Below, piece by piece: positions 9,850 to 19,110 of a stretch of 64,000 bases of DNA. A program made the translations under genes and the position numbers. Source of the DNA: an uncultured Verrucomicrobia subdivision 3 bacterium. Its GTDB lineage: Bacteria; Verrucomicrobiota; Verrucomicrobiia; Limisphaerales; UBA11358. The notes under the pieces were generated by a model, which saw nothing but the letters and a program-made list of their open reading frames with translations, was not told the DNA's origin and did not search any database. Each line of letters begins with the position of its first letter. Position 1 is the stretch's first letter. The DNA is taken from the NCBI GenBank assembly GCA_903878805.1, contig CAIRJF010000030.1:5873-69872 (forward strand), written 5' to 3'.

Positions 9850-9992
9850 GTGCCCAGCCTAATCAATTGCCGAGAAAAGTGTGAATTGAAAAACTTTTGC
9901 AGACATTGTTACAACCGATGTCCGCCGAGGTCTGAAAAATCGCTGCCAAAACTGTTGCCTGACCGCAGAGGTTCGAGTATATGTAGCGCCTC

Positions 9993-10601
9993 ATGATTGA
10001 AATCCCGATGTTTTATAGCTGGATGGTGATTGGATTCATTTGCGCCATTGTTTATTGCTCGTTTTTTGAATGGACGTTGCATCGCTTTGTGATGCACCGG
10101 CCGCTGGGCAATTTTCGGTATCCGTATGAAGCCCATGCGCTGATTCATCATCGCGTTTTCCGCGCGGACGAAACGTATCACTTGATTGACCAGAAAGACG
10201 CGCAGACCATTCCGATGGCGTGGTGGAACGGCCCGGTGCTGGTGCTGTTGGGCACAATTCCTTTTCTCGCGGTCGCGTGGTTGGTCGGGCAATGGGGCTT
10301 GGTGGCGGGTGCGGGTTTGGCCGCCGCCGGTTATTATGCGACCTACGAATACATCCACTGGTGCATGCACCTGCCGAAAAAGCGCACGGTGGAACGCTCG
10401 GGATTTTTCTTCCGGCTCAACGGCCACCATCTTTTACATCACCGTTACATGAGCAAAAATTTCAACGTGGTGCTGCCGCTCGCCGATATGATTCTCGGCA
10501 CGTTGCTGGTGCGTTCGCCCATCCATTTCAAACAGCCGCGCGGCCCGGCGGTTCCGGATGTTCAACCGCGCGGGACAAAACCGCAGGCGGTCGAGGCTTG
10601 A
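9993..10601 (+). CDS. fatty acid hydroxylase / sterol desaturase-superfamily membrane protein
   Basis: 202 aa with hydrophobic segments and histidine boxes (HRFVMH, HALIHHRVF, HWCMH, HHLLHH). Confidence 0.7.
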   Translation: MIEIPMFYSWMVIGFICAIVYCSFFEWTLHRFVMHRPLGNFRYPYEAHALIHHRVFRADETYHLIDQKDAQTIPMAWWNGPVLVLLGTIPFLAVAWLVGQWGLVAGAGLAAAGYYATYEYIHWCMHLPKKRTVERSGFFFRLNGHHLLHHRYMSKNFNVVLPLADMILGTLLVRSPIHFKQPRGPAVPDVQPRGTKPQAVEA

Positions 10602-10654
10602 GCGGAGGATAATTTCCATTGTCAGTCCCAGCGCGCTGGCAGTAGCTTGTGCGC

Positions 10655-11755
10655 ATGAACGCCCCGCCCTTTTCCCGCCGCGATTTTCTCAAAACGGCGA
10701 TGCTAGCCACAGCGGGTTTGCCATTTGCCGCCAAAAATAGTTTCGCCGCTGAACCGGAACGGAAAATCGGTTTTGCGCTGTGCGGTCTCGGTGGGTTGAG
10801 CACCGGCCAAATCGCACCGGCGTTGCAGCAGACAAAATTTTGCAAACTCACAGGCATCATCACCGGCTCACCCGAAAAGGCCAAGCGCTGGCAGGCGCGA
10901 TACAATTTGCCCGACCGCAGCGTTTATAATTACGAAACGATGTCGCGGCTGGCGGACAATCCGGACATTGACGTCGTCTATGTCGTCACGCCCAACGGAC
11001 TGCACGCGGATCACACCATCGCGGCGGCCAAGGCGGGCAAACACGTCCTCTGCGAAAAACCGATGGAAGTTTCCACCACGAAATGTCAGCAGATGATTGA
11101 TGCGTGCAAGGCGGCAGGCAAACAACTCGCCATCGGCTACCGGCTGCATTTCGAGCCAAACAATCTGGAGTGCGTCCGGCTCGCGCGCGAAAAAGTTTTT
11201 GGAAATTTAAAATCCATCGAGGCAGCGTTCGGTTTCCACATCGGCGACCCGAAGCAATGGCGTTTGAATCGCGCACTATCTGGCGGCGGACCGATGATGG
11301 ATGTGGGCATTTACGCGTTGCAGGCGACGCGCTATCTTTCCGGCGAGGAACCGGCGTCCGTCACGGCCAAGGCGACGACAACCGACAAGGAAAAGTTTCG
11401 CGGCATCGAGGAATCGCTGACTTGGCAGATGAAGTTTCCCAGCGGCGTCACCGGCAGCGGGATGACCACGTATGCGTTCAGCGGTATGGACCGTTTCAAC
11501 GTGACTGCCGAGCGCGGCTCTTTCGGCCTCGACCCGGCCTACGGTTATCACGGCTTGCGCGGCACGCGCAGCGACGGGCAGATTATTAAAATGCCGGACA
11601 TAGACCAGTTTGCCGCCGAGATGGATGATTTCGCGCAATGTATTTTGGCGAATCGTCCGATCCGCGTGCCGGGCGAGGAAGGTTTGCGCGATCTGAAAAT
11701 CATCACCGCCATCTACGAAGCCGCGCGCACAGGAAAACCGGTGGAGCTTGCTTAA
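10655..11755 (+). CDS. Tat-exported Gfo/Idh/MocA-family oxidoreductase
   Basis: Twin-arginine signal SRRDFLKTAMLATAGLPFAA, a Rossmann GFALCGLGGLS segment, and EKP in VLCEKPM, typical of the glucose-fructose oxidoreductase family. The ATG at 10655 is preferred over the GTG at 10649. Confidence 0.85.
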   Translation: MNAPPFSRRDFLKTAMLATAGLPFAAKNSFAAEPERKIGFALCGLGGLSTGQIAPALQQTKFCKLTGIITGSPEKAKRWQARYNLPDRSVYNYETMSRLADNPDIDVVYVVTPNGLHADHTIAAAKAGKHVLCEKPMEVSTTKCQQMIDACKAAGKQLAIGYRLHFEPNNLECVRLAREKVFGNLKSIEAAFGFHIGDPKQWRLNRALSGGGPMMDVGIYALQATRYLSGEEPASVTAKATTTDKEKFRGIEESLTWQMKFPSGVTGSGMTTYAFSGMDRFNVTAERGSFGLDPAYGYHGLRGTRSDGQIIKMPDIDQFAAEMDDFAQCILANRPIRVPGEEGLRDLKIITAIYEAARTGKPVELA

Positions 11756-11758
11756 TTT

Positions 11759-11989
11759 ATGACCACACCCGCCGCTCATCCGCGCGATCCGCTGCACGGT
11801 ATCACGCTGGAAAAAATCCTCAACGACCTCGTGCAGCGGCACGGCTGGATGGAGATGTCGCGACGGATTCCAATTCGTTGTTTTCAATTCAACCCCTCGG
11901 TAAAATCCAGCCTCACTTTCCTGCGCAAAACCCCGTGGGCGCGCAAAAAAGTGGAAGACTGGTTCATCGGCGAGCTGGCGCAAAAATGA
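11759..11989 (+). CDS. small VF530/DUF2132-like putative DNA-binding protein
   Basis: 76 aa: [61 protein letters not shown] matches my memory of the DUF2132 family. It starts 3 nt after the preceding stop. Confidence 0.65.
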   Translation: MTTPAAHPRDPLHGITLEKILNDLVQRHGWMEMSRRIPIRCFQFNPSVKSSLTFLRKTPWARKKVEDWFIGELAQK

Positions 11990-12026
11990 CGTGCGCAAAA
12001 ATTATTGAACGCATATTGTCGGCGCG

Positions 12027-12899
12027 ATGAACGTCCACCACCTAGAACTTTTTTACTACGTCGCCAAGCACGGCGGCATCATGCCGGCGGTGCGGAACAT
12101 CCCGTATGGCATCCAGCAGCCGGCGGTGAGCGCGCAGGTGGCGCAGCTCGAAGAATTTCTCGGCACAACTTTGTTTCAGCGGCGGCCGTTCGCGCTGACG
12201 CCGGCGGGTGAAAAACTTTTTGAATTCTGCGCGCCGTTTTTTTCCAACTTAAATAAGCTGACCGAGGAACTTCAGGGTGGGCAGACGCGGCATTTTCGGA
12301 TCGGCGCGTCCACCATCGTGCTGCGCGATCACCTGCCGAAATTATTGCAGGGCGTGCACCGGAAATTTCCCGGACTGAAAGTTTCGCTGCGCGAAGGTTT
12401 TCCCGCACAACTGGAGGAGCTGCTGGCGAAGGATGAAATTGATCTGGTCATCACGCTCATCGAACGCAAACCGGCAGCAGGATTTCATTCGCAGTTGCTG
12501 ATGGAACTGCCGCTGGTATTGCTGGTCGAAAAAAATTGCGGCCTCAAATCGGCGGAGGAATTGTGGCGGCGCGACAAGATTTCCGAATCGCTCATCTGCC
12601 TGCCCGCGACGGAGGTGGTGACGCGGAATTTTCAAGCGCGACTGGCGGCGTTGGGCGTGGACTGGTTTCCGAGCGTGGAGGCCAGCTCGATGGATTTGAT
12701 CGAGACGTATGTGGCCAACGGCCTTGGCATCGGGTTGGGTGTGGCGATTCCCAAACGCACTTTACCGGCCAGCGTGCGAGGACTGCCGTTGAGGGATTTT
12801 TCGCCGGCGGCAATCGGCGCTTTGTGGCGCGGTAAAACCACGCCGCTGCTGACCGCATTTTTGGAAATGGCGCGGCAACGGGCCAAAGAATTGAAGTAA
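12027..12899 (+). CDS. LysR-family transcriptional regulator
   Basis: 290 aa with an N-terminal wHTH (MNVHHLELFYYVAKHGGIMPAVRNIPYGIQQPAVSAQVAQLEEFLGTTLFQR) followed by a periplasmic-binding-like effector domain. Confidence 0.85.
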   Translation: MNVHHLELFYYVAKHGGIMPAVRNIPYGIQQPAVSAQVAQLEEFLGTTLFQRRPFALTPAGEKLFEFCAPFFSNLNKLTEELQGGQTRHFRIGASTIVLRDHLPKLLQGVHRKFPGLKVSLREGFPAQLEELLAKDEIDLVITLIERKPAAGFHSQLLMELPLVLLVEKNCGLKSAEELWRRDKISESLICLPATEVVTRNFQARLAALGVDWFPSVEASSMDLIETYVANGLGIGLGVAIPKRTLPASVRGLPLRDFSPAAIGALWRGKTTPLLTAFLEMARQRAKELK

Positions 12900-13057
12900 G
12901 CCAGGCATCCGCCAACGCGCAAATGGGTTCATTTAATTGGACACGGCTGCATGAAATTTCCCGGTCAATGCTGCCGGCGACCCGAAAAACCCGACACTCT
13001 GGCGGCGAAAAAGGTTGGTGAAGCTTGAGTTTTTGGCTTTTGCCGGGACTTGGCACA

Positions 13058-13073
13058 TGGCACATTGTCTGCT
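13058..13073 (+). promoter_or_regulatory. sigma-54-like -24/-12 element (TGGCAC-N5-CTGCT)
   Basis: TGGCACATTGTCTGCT compared with the consensus TGGCACG-N4-TTGCW. It is preceded by a second TGGCAC at 13051 and followed by the strong SD AAGGAGG at 13079-13085. No enhancer-binding protein gene is nearby, and the predicted TSS would fall within the SD. Confidence 0.3.
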
Positions 13074-13243
13074 AGTTTAAGGAGGGATAAGGTTGGCGAT
13101 TCAAGCCATGCACACTCAATTACCCTACTAAAACCCAGATTGTCATCGGCGCATACTCGTTTGGCATACCGACCAATGCGGCGGCGGGTGATATTTACCA
13201 GATTCAAATTGGACGTCCCTCGGCAACTGCTTATCCCAGCGGT

Positions 13244-14536
13244 TTGATCGGAACTGAATACGGAGTGCCTGTGCCGCTTTTCGCTCCGGCTGACACTAAT
13301 GCAAGCGCTGTCGGTGCGGGAACTATCAACGCCTTAAAAAACGTCACCATCGGCCAGCTAAAATATCTGGTTGGCAGCGTCTATCCGGCAAACTGGTATA
13401 ATGCCGGTGATTTCGGCGGCACCAACATATTGAACACGGATGTCAGCCGGGTGTTTGATTTTGCCGCATATCCCGTTGCCGCTCCTCCGGCCAATTCCGA
13501 CCTGTATGACACGATGGATTCCTGCGGCAACTTTGGTGTATGGGATTCGTCCAACAACTATTTTACCAATGCCTCAGTGTATCCGTTGACCACCAATCTG
13601 GCGAATGCAGTGACCAAATATATCGTCGTAACTGACACCAATGGTGTTTCCACCACAACCGTTGGTTCAATAACTGATTATTCAACGGTGGTTTATATAA
13701 CCTCTTATCAGGCAATTGTGCCTTATTCAGTGACCAACATTCAGCTGGCTACTCCGCCAGCTTCGCCCACGACGAACATATCGCAGGCAAGCTATGCTTA
13801 TCCTATAACGCCGCCTTTGAACGCCTTGTTTGATGGCAACGATACCAACATCAATCAAGTCGCGTTTGGCGACGGCATTTTGGATGTGTGCGACGTCTAT
13901 GTCACCTTCCGCCGTTCCTTGGATCCGACCTTGATTTGGTATGAGCGTTTTTGGACCAATGGTATGCGGGCCGCCGATACCAACATCGTCAATAATTTCC
14001 CCAGCAGCCCTTCTGGGCATATCGCGGCTAAAGCCGTTGCCGCCAATACTGTTCAACCTAAACTATACAGTTCGGTTCCGCCCTTTGTCACCTTTGCCGC
14101 CGGCAATGTTCAAGTCTCGGCGGGCCGGACGGTGCAGGTTCCCATCACAGCGACCATTCAAGGTGGTTATCCGGTTCGCCTGCTGATGCTCAATCTTACA
14201 GTCGCGCCGGTAACCAATGCTCCGGAACTGACCAGTCTGGTTCAATTCACCCAGAGTCAGAGCGTCAAGGCACTTGGTCATCCTAATGCCAACACCATTG
14301 ATTCCGACGGCAATGGCAACTATGCCGCAGCCTGGCTCAACCAACCCACTGACGGAGCGACGGGAAGCGGCATCAGTGGAACCAATGTGCTGATTGGCAA
14401 TTTATCCGTGACGATTCCATCCAATGCGCCCCATGGCGGGGTTTATGGCCTGTTTTTTGACCACGCTTCCGCTTCACCGAATGGTCTGGCTTCTTTCCCG
14501 AATCAGACGGTGGCAGGCAGAATCACAGTGAAGTAA
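13244..14536 (+). CDS. repeat protein with dockerin-like Ca-loop segments and a cohesin-like beta-sandwich; probably a 5'-truncated or frameshifted gene (frame open from 13091)
   Basis: 430-aa ORF from a TTG start. Dockerin-like segments are NAGDFGGTNILNTDVSRVFDF and FGDGILDVCDVYVTFRRSLDP. The C-terminal domain is FAAGNVQVSAGRTVQVPITATIQGGYPVRLLMLNLTVAP...LIGNLSVTIPSNAPHGGVYGLFFDHASASPNG. The same frame upstream of the TTG encodes QIVIGAYSFGIPTNAAAGDIYQIQIGRPSATAYPSG, a copy of the end of that domain, with no in-frame start and no signal peptide. Confidence 0.55.
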   Translation: MIGTEYGVPVPLFAPADTNASAVGAGTINALKNVTIGQLKYLVGSVYPANWYNAGDFGGTNILNTDVSRVFDFAAYPVAAPPANSDLYDTMDSCGNFGVWDSSNNYFTNASVYPLTTNLANAVTKYIVVTDTNGVSTTTVGSITDYSTVVYITSYQAIVPYSVTNIQLATPPASPTTNISQASYAYPITPPLNALFDGNDTNINQVAFGDGILDVCDVYVTFRRSLDPTLIWYERFWTNGMRAADTNIVNNFPSSPSGHIAAKAVAANTVQPKLYSSVPPFVTFAAGNVQVSAGRTVQVPITATIQGGYPVRLLMLNLTVAPVTNAPELTSLVQFTQSQSVKALGHPNANTIDSDGNGNYAAAWLNQPTDGATGSGISGTNVLIGNLSVTIPSNAPHGGVYGLFFDHASASPNGLASFPNQTVAGRITVK

Positions 14537-14553
14537 TAAATTAATAAAGAATA

Positions 14554-14585
14554 AAAACGGCGCGTCCTTCGGGGCGCGCCGTTTT
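14554..14585. terminator. bidirectional Rho-independent terminator
   Basis: aaaacggcgcgtcc-ttcg-gggcgcgccgtttt forms a 14-bp stem with one G-T pair. It is flanked by an A-run and a T-run and lies between the convergent genes 13244..14536(+) and 14584..14886(-). Confidence 0.8.
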
Positions 14586-14886
14586 ACTTTGCCGACGCCA
14601 TGCGGCGCAGATACTCGAAGGAATACAGTCCCGTGTTATGTCCGTCCGCCCACAAGGGCTGAATGGCGTAACCGCCCACGCTCATGAATTTTACCAGTTC
14701 AAACGCTTTCACAGTCAACGGCAGTGCCGGGTTTTTGTATAAGTTGCCAAGAATATCCACCTCACCCTTGCAGCCCGCGCACGGACACGCGTGGCGTAAT
14801 TTCTCCAACGCTATAAAATCCTCCGTGCCGTCGTCCCATTTCACGGCCAGTTCGTTCCCGATCAGTTGCATGTCCAGCGGTCGCAT
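14584..14886 (-). CDS. DUF971 (gamma-butyrobetaine hydroxylase N-terminal-like) protein
   Basis: 100 aa: ...LAVKWDDGTEDFIALEKLRHACPCAGCKGE...GGYAIQPLWADGHNTGLYSFEYLR is typical of DUF971. Confidence 0.8.
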   Translation of the reverse strand: MRPLDMQLIGNELAVKWDDGTEDFIALEKLRHACPCAGCKGEVDILGNLYKNPALPLTVKAFELVKFMSVGGYAIQPLWADGHNTGLYSFEYLRRMASAK

Positions 14887-15480
14887 GACGACAGGTTATT
14901 TTGCCGCAGCACACGCGTCCATACTTTACGGCGTTGACCGGAAATCGCACCGGAGAAAATCAATCTCGCTTCCACCCGGCGGACGAGATCATTTTGCGCC
15001 GCAGCCATGGGTAGGGACGACAATGCATTCCCATCGGACGCGATGATATTCCCTCGCCACGATGTCCCACAATTATCCCGCAGCGTCGAATCGCCTGCCG
15101 CCGTCGTCGCGTGACTACGCGACGAACTCCGATTGCTTGCCGATGAAATGTTTATGGAATTATTTTGTATTTATTGCCATTCGGACGAACTTTTGTGGCG
15201 ATTGGACGTCGCCGGCAGACTTCAAGGCGCCGTCCGATTGCTGCAAAACGTCGAATTATTGCATCAACACAACGCCAAGAAGCCTTAAACCGCCGTTCTC
15301 AAGCCATACTCCAACGCCGTGAGGCAATAAAACTTCATCCGCAGGCAACAAAACGTCGTGCGCAAGCCATGAAACTTTAAGCAAATGGCATTATTTTTTG
15401 ATTATGACCATTTCTATGTTAGGTTCATTGAAGATTTTCCTGATTCATCGCATGACTTTGACGGGGAGCAACGCTGTTTT

Positions 15481-16104
15481 ATGAACCGGCACAAACTAAA
15501 CTTCGGCAACCGCACCGTCACCGAGCAGCTCGCCATCTGCCGCCGCGTGGCCGACGGTGTCGCCAACGTGGCGAAGGAACATCGTCGGCATTTCACGGCG
15601 GCGAACCTCGCGGGCAAGCTGGCGGACGCCACCGCCGCCCATCAGGAAGTCGAGCGCTTGAAAGTCGCTCTCAAGTCTGCGCTCTCTCACCGCAATGAAA
15701 CGCTGCGGCTTGCGCGGAACAGTGCCAGCGCCTGCGCGAGCGGGCTGGCCGCCGTCACGAAGGGCGAACGCGCCGCGATGTTGGCGGCTGGCCTCGACGT
15801 GGTGCGCGCCAAACAGCCCGTGGGTTTGCCGTCCGCCCCGCAGCAATTGCGTGCCCTGCCCACAGACTTCGAAGGCCGCGTGCCGTTGCGGTGGCAACGC
15901 TCCGTGCGCCGGTGTGTTTTCCAAGTGGAAACGACTACCGATGCCGCCGCGCGCACCGGCTGGAAACGGGTATTGTCATCCACCCGGCAAAGTGGCGAAG
16001 TGAGCGGACTGGTCAGCGGCAAGAAACATTGGTTCCGCGTGTGCGCCGTGAACGCGCACGGCACCGGCCCATGGAGCCAGCCCGTCAGCGCGTGGGTGAA
16101 GTGA
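15481..16104 (+). CDS. hypothetical protein: helical N-terminal half plus C-terminal fibronectin type III domain; no signal peptide
   Basis: The ORF track frame is 15385..16104. The AT-rich first 32 codons look non-coding, so the start is placed at MNRHKLNFGN (15481). The fn3-like C-terminus is PSAPQQLRALPTDFEGRVPLRWQRSVRRCVFQVETTTD...GLVSGKKHWFRVCAVNAHGTGPWSQPVSAWV. Confidence 0.6.
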   Translation: MNRHKLNFGNRTVTEQLAICRRVADGVANVAKEHRRHFTAANLAGKLADATAAHQEVERLKVALKSALSHRNETLRLARNSASACASGLAAVTKGERAAMLAAGLDVVRAKQPVGLPSAPQQLRALPTDFEGRVPLRWQRSVRRCVFQVETTTDAAARTGWKRVLSSTRQSGEVSGLVSGKKHWFRVCAVNAHGTGPWSQPVSAWVK

Positions 16105-16179
16105 AAATTAAAGGATGGGCAGAGGCGACAACGCAGTCATCTAAAACGATTCACGAGCCTCTGCGCTTCAGCGTTGCTT

Positions 16180-16809
16180 CTAACCTGAACTACTGGCACG
16201 GACGGCCAAGCGAGCGCGGGTCATCCGTTCGCGGAGTCCGCCTTGTTTGAGAAAATCCTGTTCGAGCTGCTTGAGTTGCTGGTCGAGCAGATAATTGGCT
16301 TGGTAAATCAGGCAGATGAGGATGTTCGCCACCGTTTCGGCGGGACGGGTTTCAATGAAAGCCCGATAGGATTCGTAGGTTTCTTCGTTGCGAGCGCCGA
16401 GCTTGCGGACGAACAAAGCTTCGCGGCTGTTTTTGTCCCATTGGCTGAAGCCGCGTTGCCGCAGGTAATCGCGGTAATCGCCGAGCAGTTCTTCCAGACT
16501 GGCGCGGGCGACGTTGGTGAGTTTCAACTCGCCTTCCTTGGACGTGCCGGAAACCTGACTACCTTCGGCAATGTTTTTGTTACCGCTGCGAGCGGCCTGC
16601 ACCATCTGGTCGTGCGTGCGGGAGCGCTTCTCTATAAAACGGTCACAAAAACGGACAGTGGCGTCATAGATGATTTCGGACTTTTTATAGGCGAGCAGGT
16701 TTTGATAACCGCCATGTGGCGGGATGAAACCGGGATAGAACTTAGAAGACAAAGGCGACGAATTATTGGTCGGCGTCCTTTTGGTCTGCTTGGTCTTATC
16801 GTCCGACAT
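16180..16809 (-). CDS. four-helix-bundle protein (23S rRNA intervening-sequence protein family) with C-terminal suffix domain
   Basis: 209 aa: YQNLLAYKKSEIIYDATVRFCDRF...QMVQAARSGNKNIAEGSQ...ARASLEELLGDYRDYL matches the four-helix-bundle family. It starts 3 nt after the purB stop. Confidence 0.8.
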   Translation of the reverse strand: MSDDKTKQTKRTPTNNSSPLSSKFYPGFIPPHGGYQNLLAYKKSEIIYDATVRFCDRFIEKRSRTHDQMVQAARSGNKNIAEGSQVSGTSKEGELKLTNVARASLEELLGDYRDYLRQRGFSQWDKNSREALFVRKLGARNEETYESYRAFIETRPAETVANILICLIYQANYLLDQQLKQLEQDFLKQGGLRERMTRARLAVRASSSG

Positions 16810-16812
16810 ATC

Positions 16813-18147
16813 TCACAATCCCAATTTCTTGAATCGGTTGTTCACTTCCTTGAAATGGAAATCCAGCGAGCACAGTTTCTCCAGTTCGCCAGCCTTGAAC
16901 AGTTTCGCCACTTGCGGATCCAGCTTGAGCTGTTCCACAAAGTCCGCATCGTCGCGGCCCGCGTGTTTCACTTCCCACGTCTTCATCGCGGCATCCTGAC
17001 AAATCTTGTAGGCGGCTTCGCGCGTCAGTCCTTTTTTGATGAGCGCGAGCAGGATGGTTTGGGAATTCCACATGCCCAGACTCAAACCGAGATTCTTCTT
17101 CATGTTCGCCGGATAAACGACGATGCCATCCATCAACCGCGTGAGCAGCCCGAACATGTAATCGAGCAACGTGCAGGAATCGGGAAAAATAATCCGTTCG
17201 ACGCTGGAATGGGAAATGTCGCGTTCATGCCACAGCGCCACGTTTTCCAGCGACGCCATCGCGTTGCCGCGCAACACGCGCGCGAGACCGGTGAGACGTT
17301 CCCAGGTGATGGGATTACGTTTGTGCGGCATGGCGCTGGAACCTTTCTGGCCTTTGGTAAACGGTTCTTCGGCTTCCAATACTTCCGTGCGTTGCAGATG
17401 ACGGAACTCCACCGCCCAGCGTTCAATGCTCGCGCCGACAAGCGCCATGGCCAATTGAAATTCAGCGTGGATGTCGCGCTGCACCACTTGCGTGGCGATG
17501 GGCGCGGGCTGCACGCCGAGTTTCTTACAGACGTAAGCTTCGACGCGCGGCGAGAGATGCGCGCTCGTGCCGACCGCGCCGGAAATTTTACCGACGGACA
17601 CGACTTCGCGCACGGATTCCAAACGGCGGAGTGCGCGGGTGAATTCATCGTGCATCAGCGCCATCTTCAAACCGAATGTCGTCGGCTCGCCGTGAATGCC
17701 GTGACTGCGTCCCATGCACGGCGTGAACTTGTGCTCCTTCGCCCGGCGCGCGATGACGGGCAACAGTTTCTTTACGTCAGCGATTAAAATGTCCGCCGAT
17801 TGCTGCATTTGCACCGCGTAACAAGTATCGCCCACATCGCTGCTCGTGAGCCCGAAATGAAACCAGCGGCTGGCGTTGTCGTTGATGGCTTCGGCAACGG
17901 CGGTAGTGAAGCCGATGACGTCGTGATTGAGAACTTTTTCGAGTTCCTTCTGCCGCGCGACGAGGCCGGGCAGATCGGCGAACCATTTATCGCAGCCGGC
18001 TTTGATCTTCGCGAAATCTTTGGCGGGAACAATCTTTTCTTTTACCAGCGCTTCGCTGGCGAGCAGTTCGATTTGCAGCCAGATTTTTAATTTGTTTTCG
18101 TCCGTCCAAATCGCCCGCATGTCGGGGCGCGAATAACGCGTAATCAT
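16813..18147 (-). CDS. purB: adenylosuccinate lyase
   Basis: 444 aa: MITRYSRPDMRAIWTDENKLKIWLQIELLA..., the fumarate-lyase signature GSSAMPHKRNP and HERDISHSS. Confidence 0.92.
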   Translation of the reverse strand: MITRYSRPDMRAIWTDENKLKIWLQIELLASEALVKEKIVPAKDFAKIKAGCDKWFADLPGLVARQKELEKVLNHDVIGFTTAVAEAINDNASRWFHFGLTSSDVGDTCYAVQMQQSADILIADVKKLLPVIARRAKEHKFTPCMGRSHGIHGEPTTFGLKMALMHDEFTRALRRLESVREVVSVGKISGAVGTSAHLSPRVEAYVCKKLGVQPAPIATQVVQRDIHAEFQLAMALVGASIERWAVEFRHLQRTEVLEAEEPFTKGQKGSSAMPHKRNPITWERLTGLARVLRGNAMASLENVALWHERDISHSSVERIIFPDSCTLLDYMFGLLTRLMDGIVVYPANMKKNLGLSLGMWNSQTILLALIKKGLTREAAYKICQDAAMKTWEVKHAGRDDADFVEQLKLDPQVAKLFKAGELEKLCSLDFHFKEVNNRFKKLGL

Positions 18148-18198
18148 AGTTTAAGAATAAGCCAACCGTTGAATTGTTGAAATGCAAAACCGTTCGAC

Positions 18199-19080
18199 TT
18201 AACGCTTCCCTATTTTTTGACGCGCGGTTTCGAGGATTTCACGCTCGCGCGGCGTGAGGCTCTGAATGCCGTGCGCGGAAATCTTGTCGAGGATGGGATC
18301 TACTTCGCTCTCCACAAAACCAGCGGCGGGTGTTGTTTCCAGCGGTTCCAAGGCCGGACGCCGCGAAATGAATTTTTCTGCCGGACGCAACGCGCCTTCC
18401 AAGCGCGACCAGTCGCCCTGCAAAATTTTCCGCACGAAAAACCAGCCCATCACCATGCCGCCGAGATGCGCGGCGTTCGCCACATTGTCCATCGGGAACG
18501 CAATTCCGGCCACCGCCAGCACCGCCGAGCCGATGAGCAGTGTTTTCGCCCGCATCTGAATCGGGATGACAAACAGAATCAACATCGTGAGTTCGCGCTC
18601 GGGGAAAATCAGCGCGAACGCCGCGACTAATCCGAACGCACACGCGGATGCGCCGACCACCGGGCCGCCGAAGTATTGCGGCCAGACCATTGCCACCAGC
18701 ACCTGAAACACACCGCCGACGATGCCGCTGGAAAACATCAGCGCGAGAAATTTTCTGCCGCCGATGACGGCCTCCACTTCCCGTCCGAACATATAGATTG
18801 CCCAACTGTTCATCAGGATGTGAAACCAGCCCGCGTGCATGAACTGATACGTCACCAATTGCCAGACGTAGCCGTGCGCCAAACCTTCCCGGCTCAAGGC
18901 GAAATAATCAAAGACAACACTCTGTTTGGGAAAAAATCTGCCAATGAAAAGCTCGGCTAAAAAAACCACGAAATACGCCGCCAAAAGCGCCGCCGTCCAT
19001 GACCATTGAAAACGAAAGCGCGGACGCCAGCGCGGTTCGGGATATTCCGGCTGCCTCATGTAGTCGCGATCTTCGAGCAT
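18199..19080 (-). CDS. rhomboid-family intramembrane serine protease
   Basis: 293 aa with 6 TM segments, WQLVTYQFMHAGWFHILMN, the catalytic-Ser context GASACAFG and the His context AHLGGMVMG. Confidence 0.8.
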   Translation of the reverse strand: MLEDRDYMRQPEYPEPRWRPRFRFQWSWTAALLAAYFVVFLAELFIGRFFPKQSVVFDYFALSREGLAHGYVWQLVTYQFMHAGWFHILMNSWAIYMFGREVEAVIGGRKFLALMFSSGIVGGVFQVLVAMVWPQYFGGPVVGASACAFGLVAAFALIFPERELTMLILFVIPIQMRAKTLLIGSAVLAVAGIAFPMDNVANAAHLGGMVMGWFFVRKILQGDWSRLEGALRPAEKFISRRPALEPLETTPAAGFVESEVDPILDKISAHGIQSLTPREREILETARQKIGKR

Positions 19081-19110
19081 GCCAAAACTTTAACTGGTTA
19101 TTTTCAATTA

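Noticed and set aside
15481-16809. A diversity-generating retroelement, read as the four-helix-bundle protein acting as Avd and the fn3 protein as the variable target.
   Set aside because: There is no reverse transcriptase gene anywhere nearby. I also found no template/variable repeat pair: the 3' end of the fn3 gene has no second copy in the flanking DNA.
16243-17787. A 514-aa ORF on the plus strand.
   Set aside because: It lies entirely antisense to purB and the four-helix-bundle gene. Its composition is low-complexity and Arg/Gly/Ala/Phe-rich, typical of shadow frames in high-GC DNA. The sense-strand genes have unambiguous motifs.
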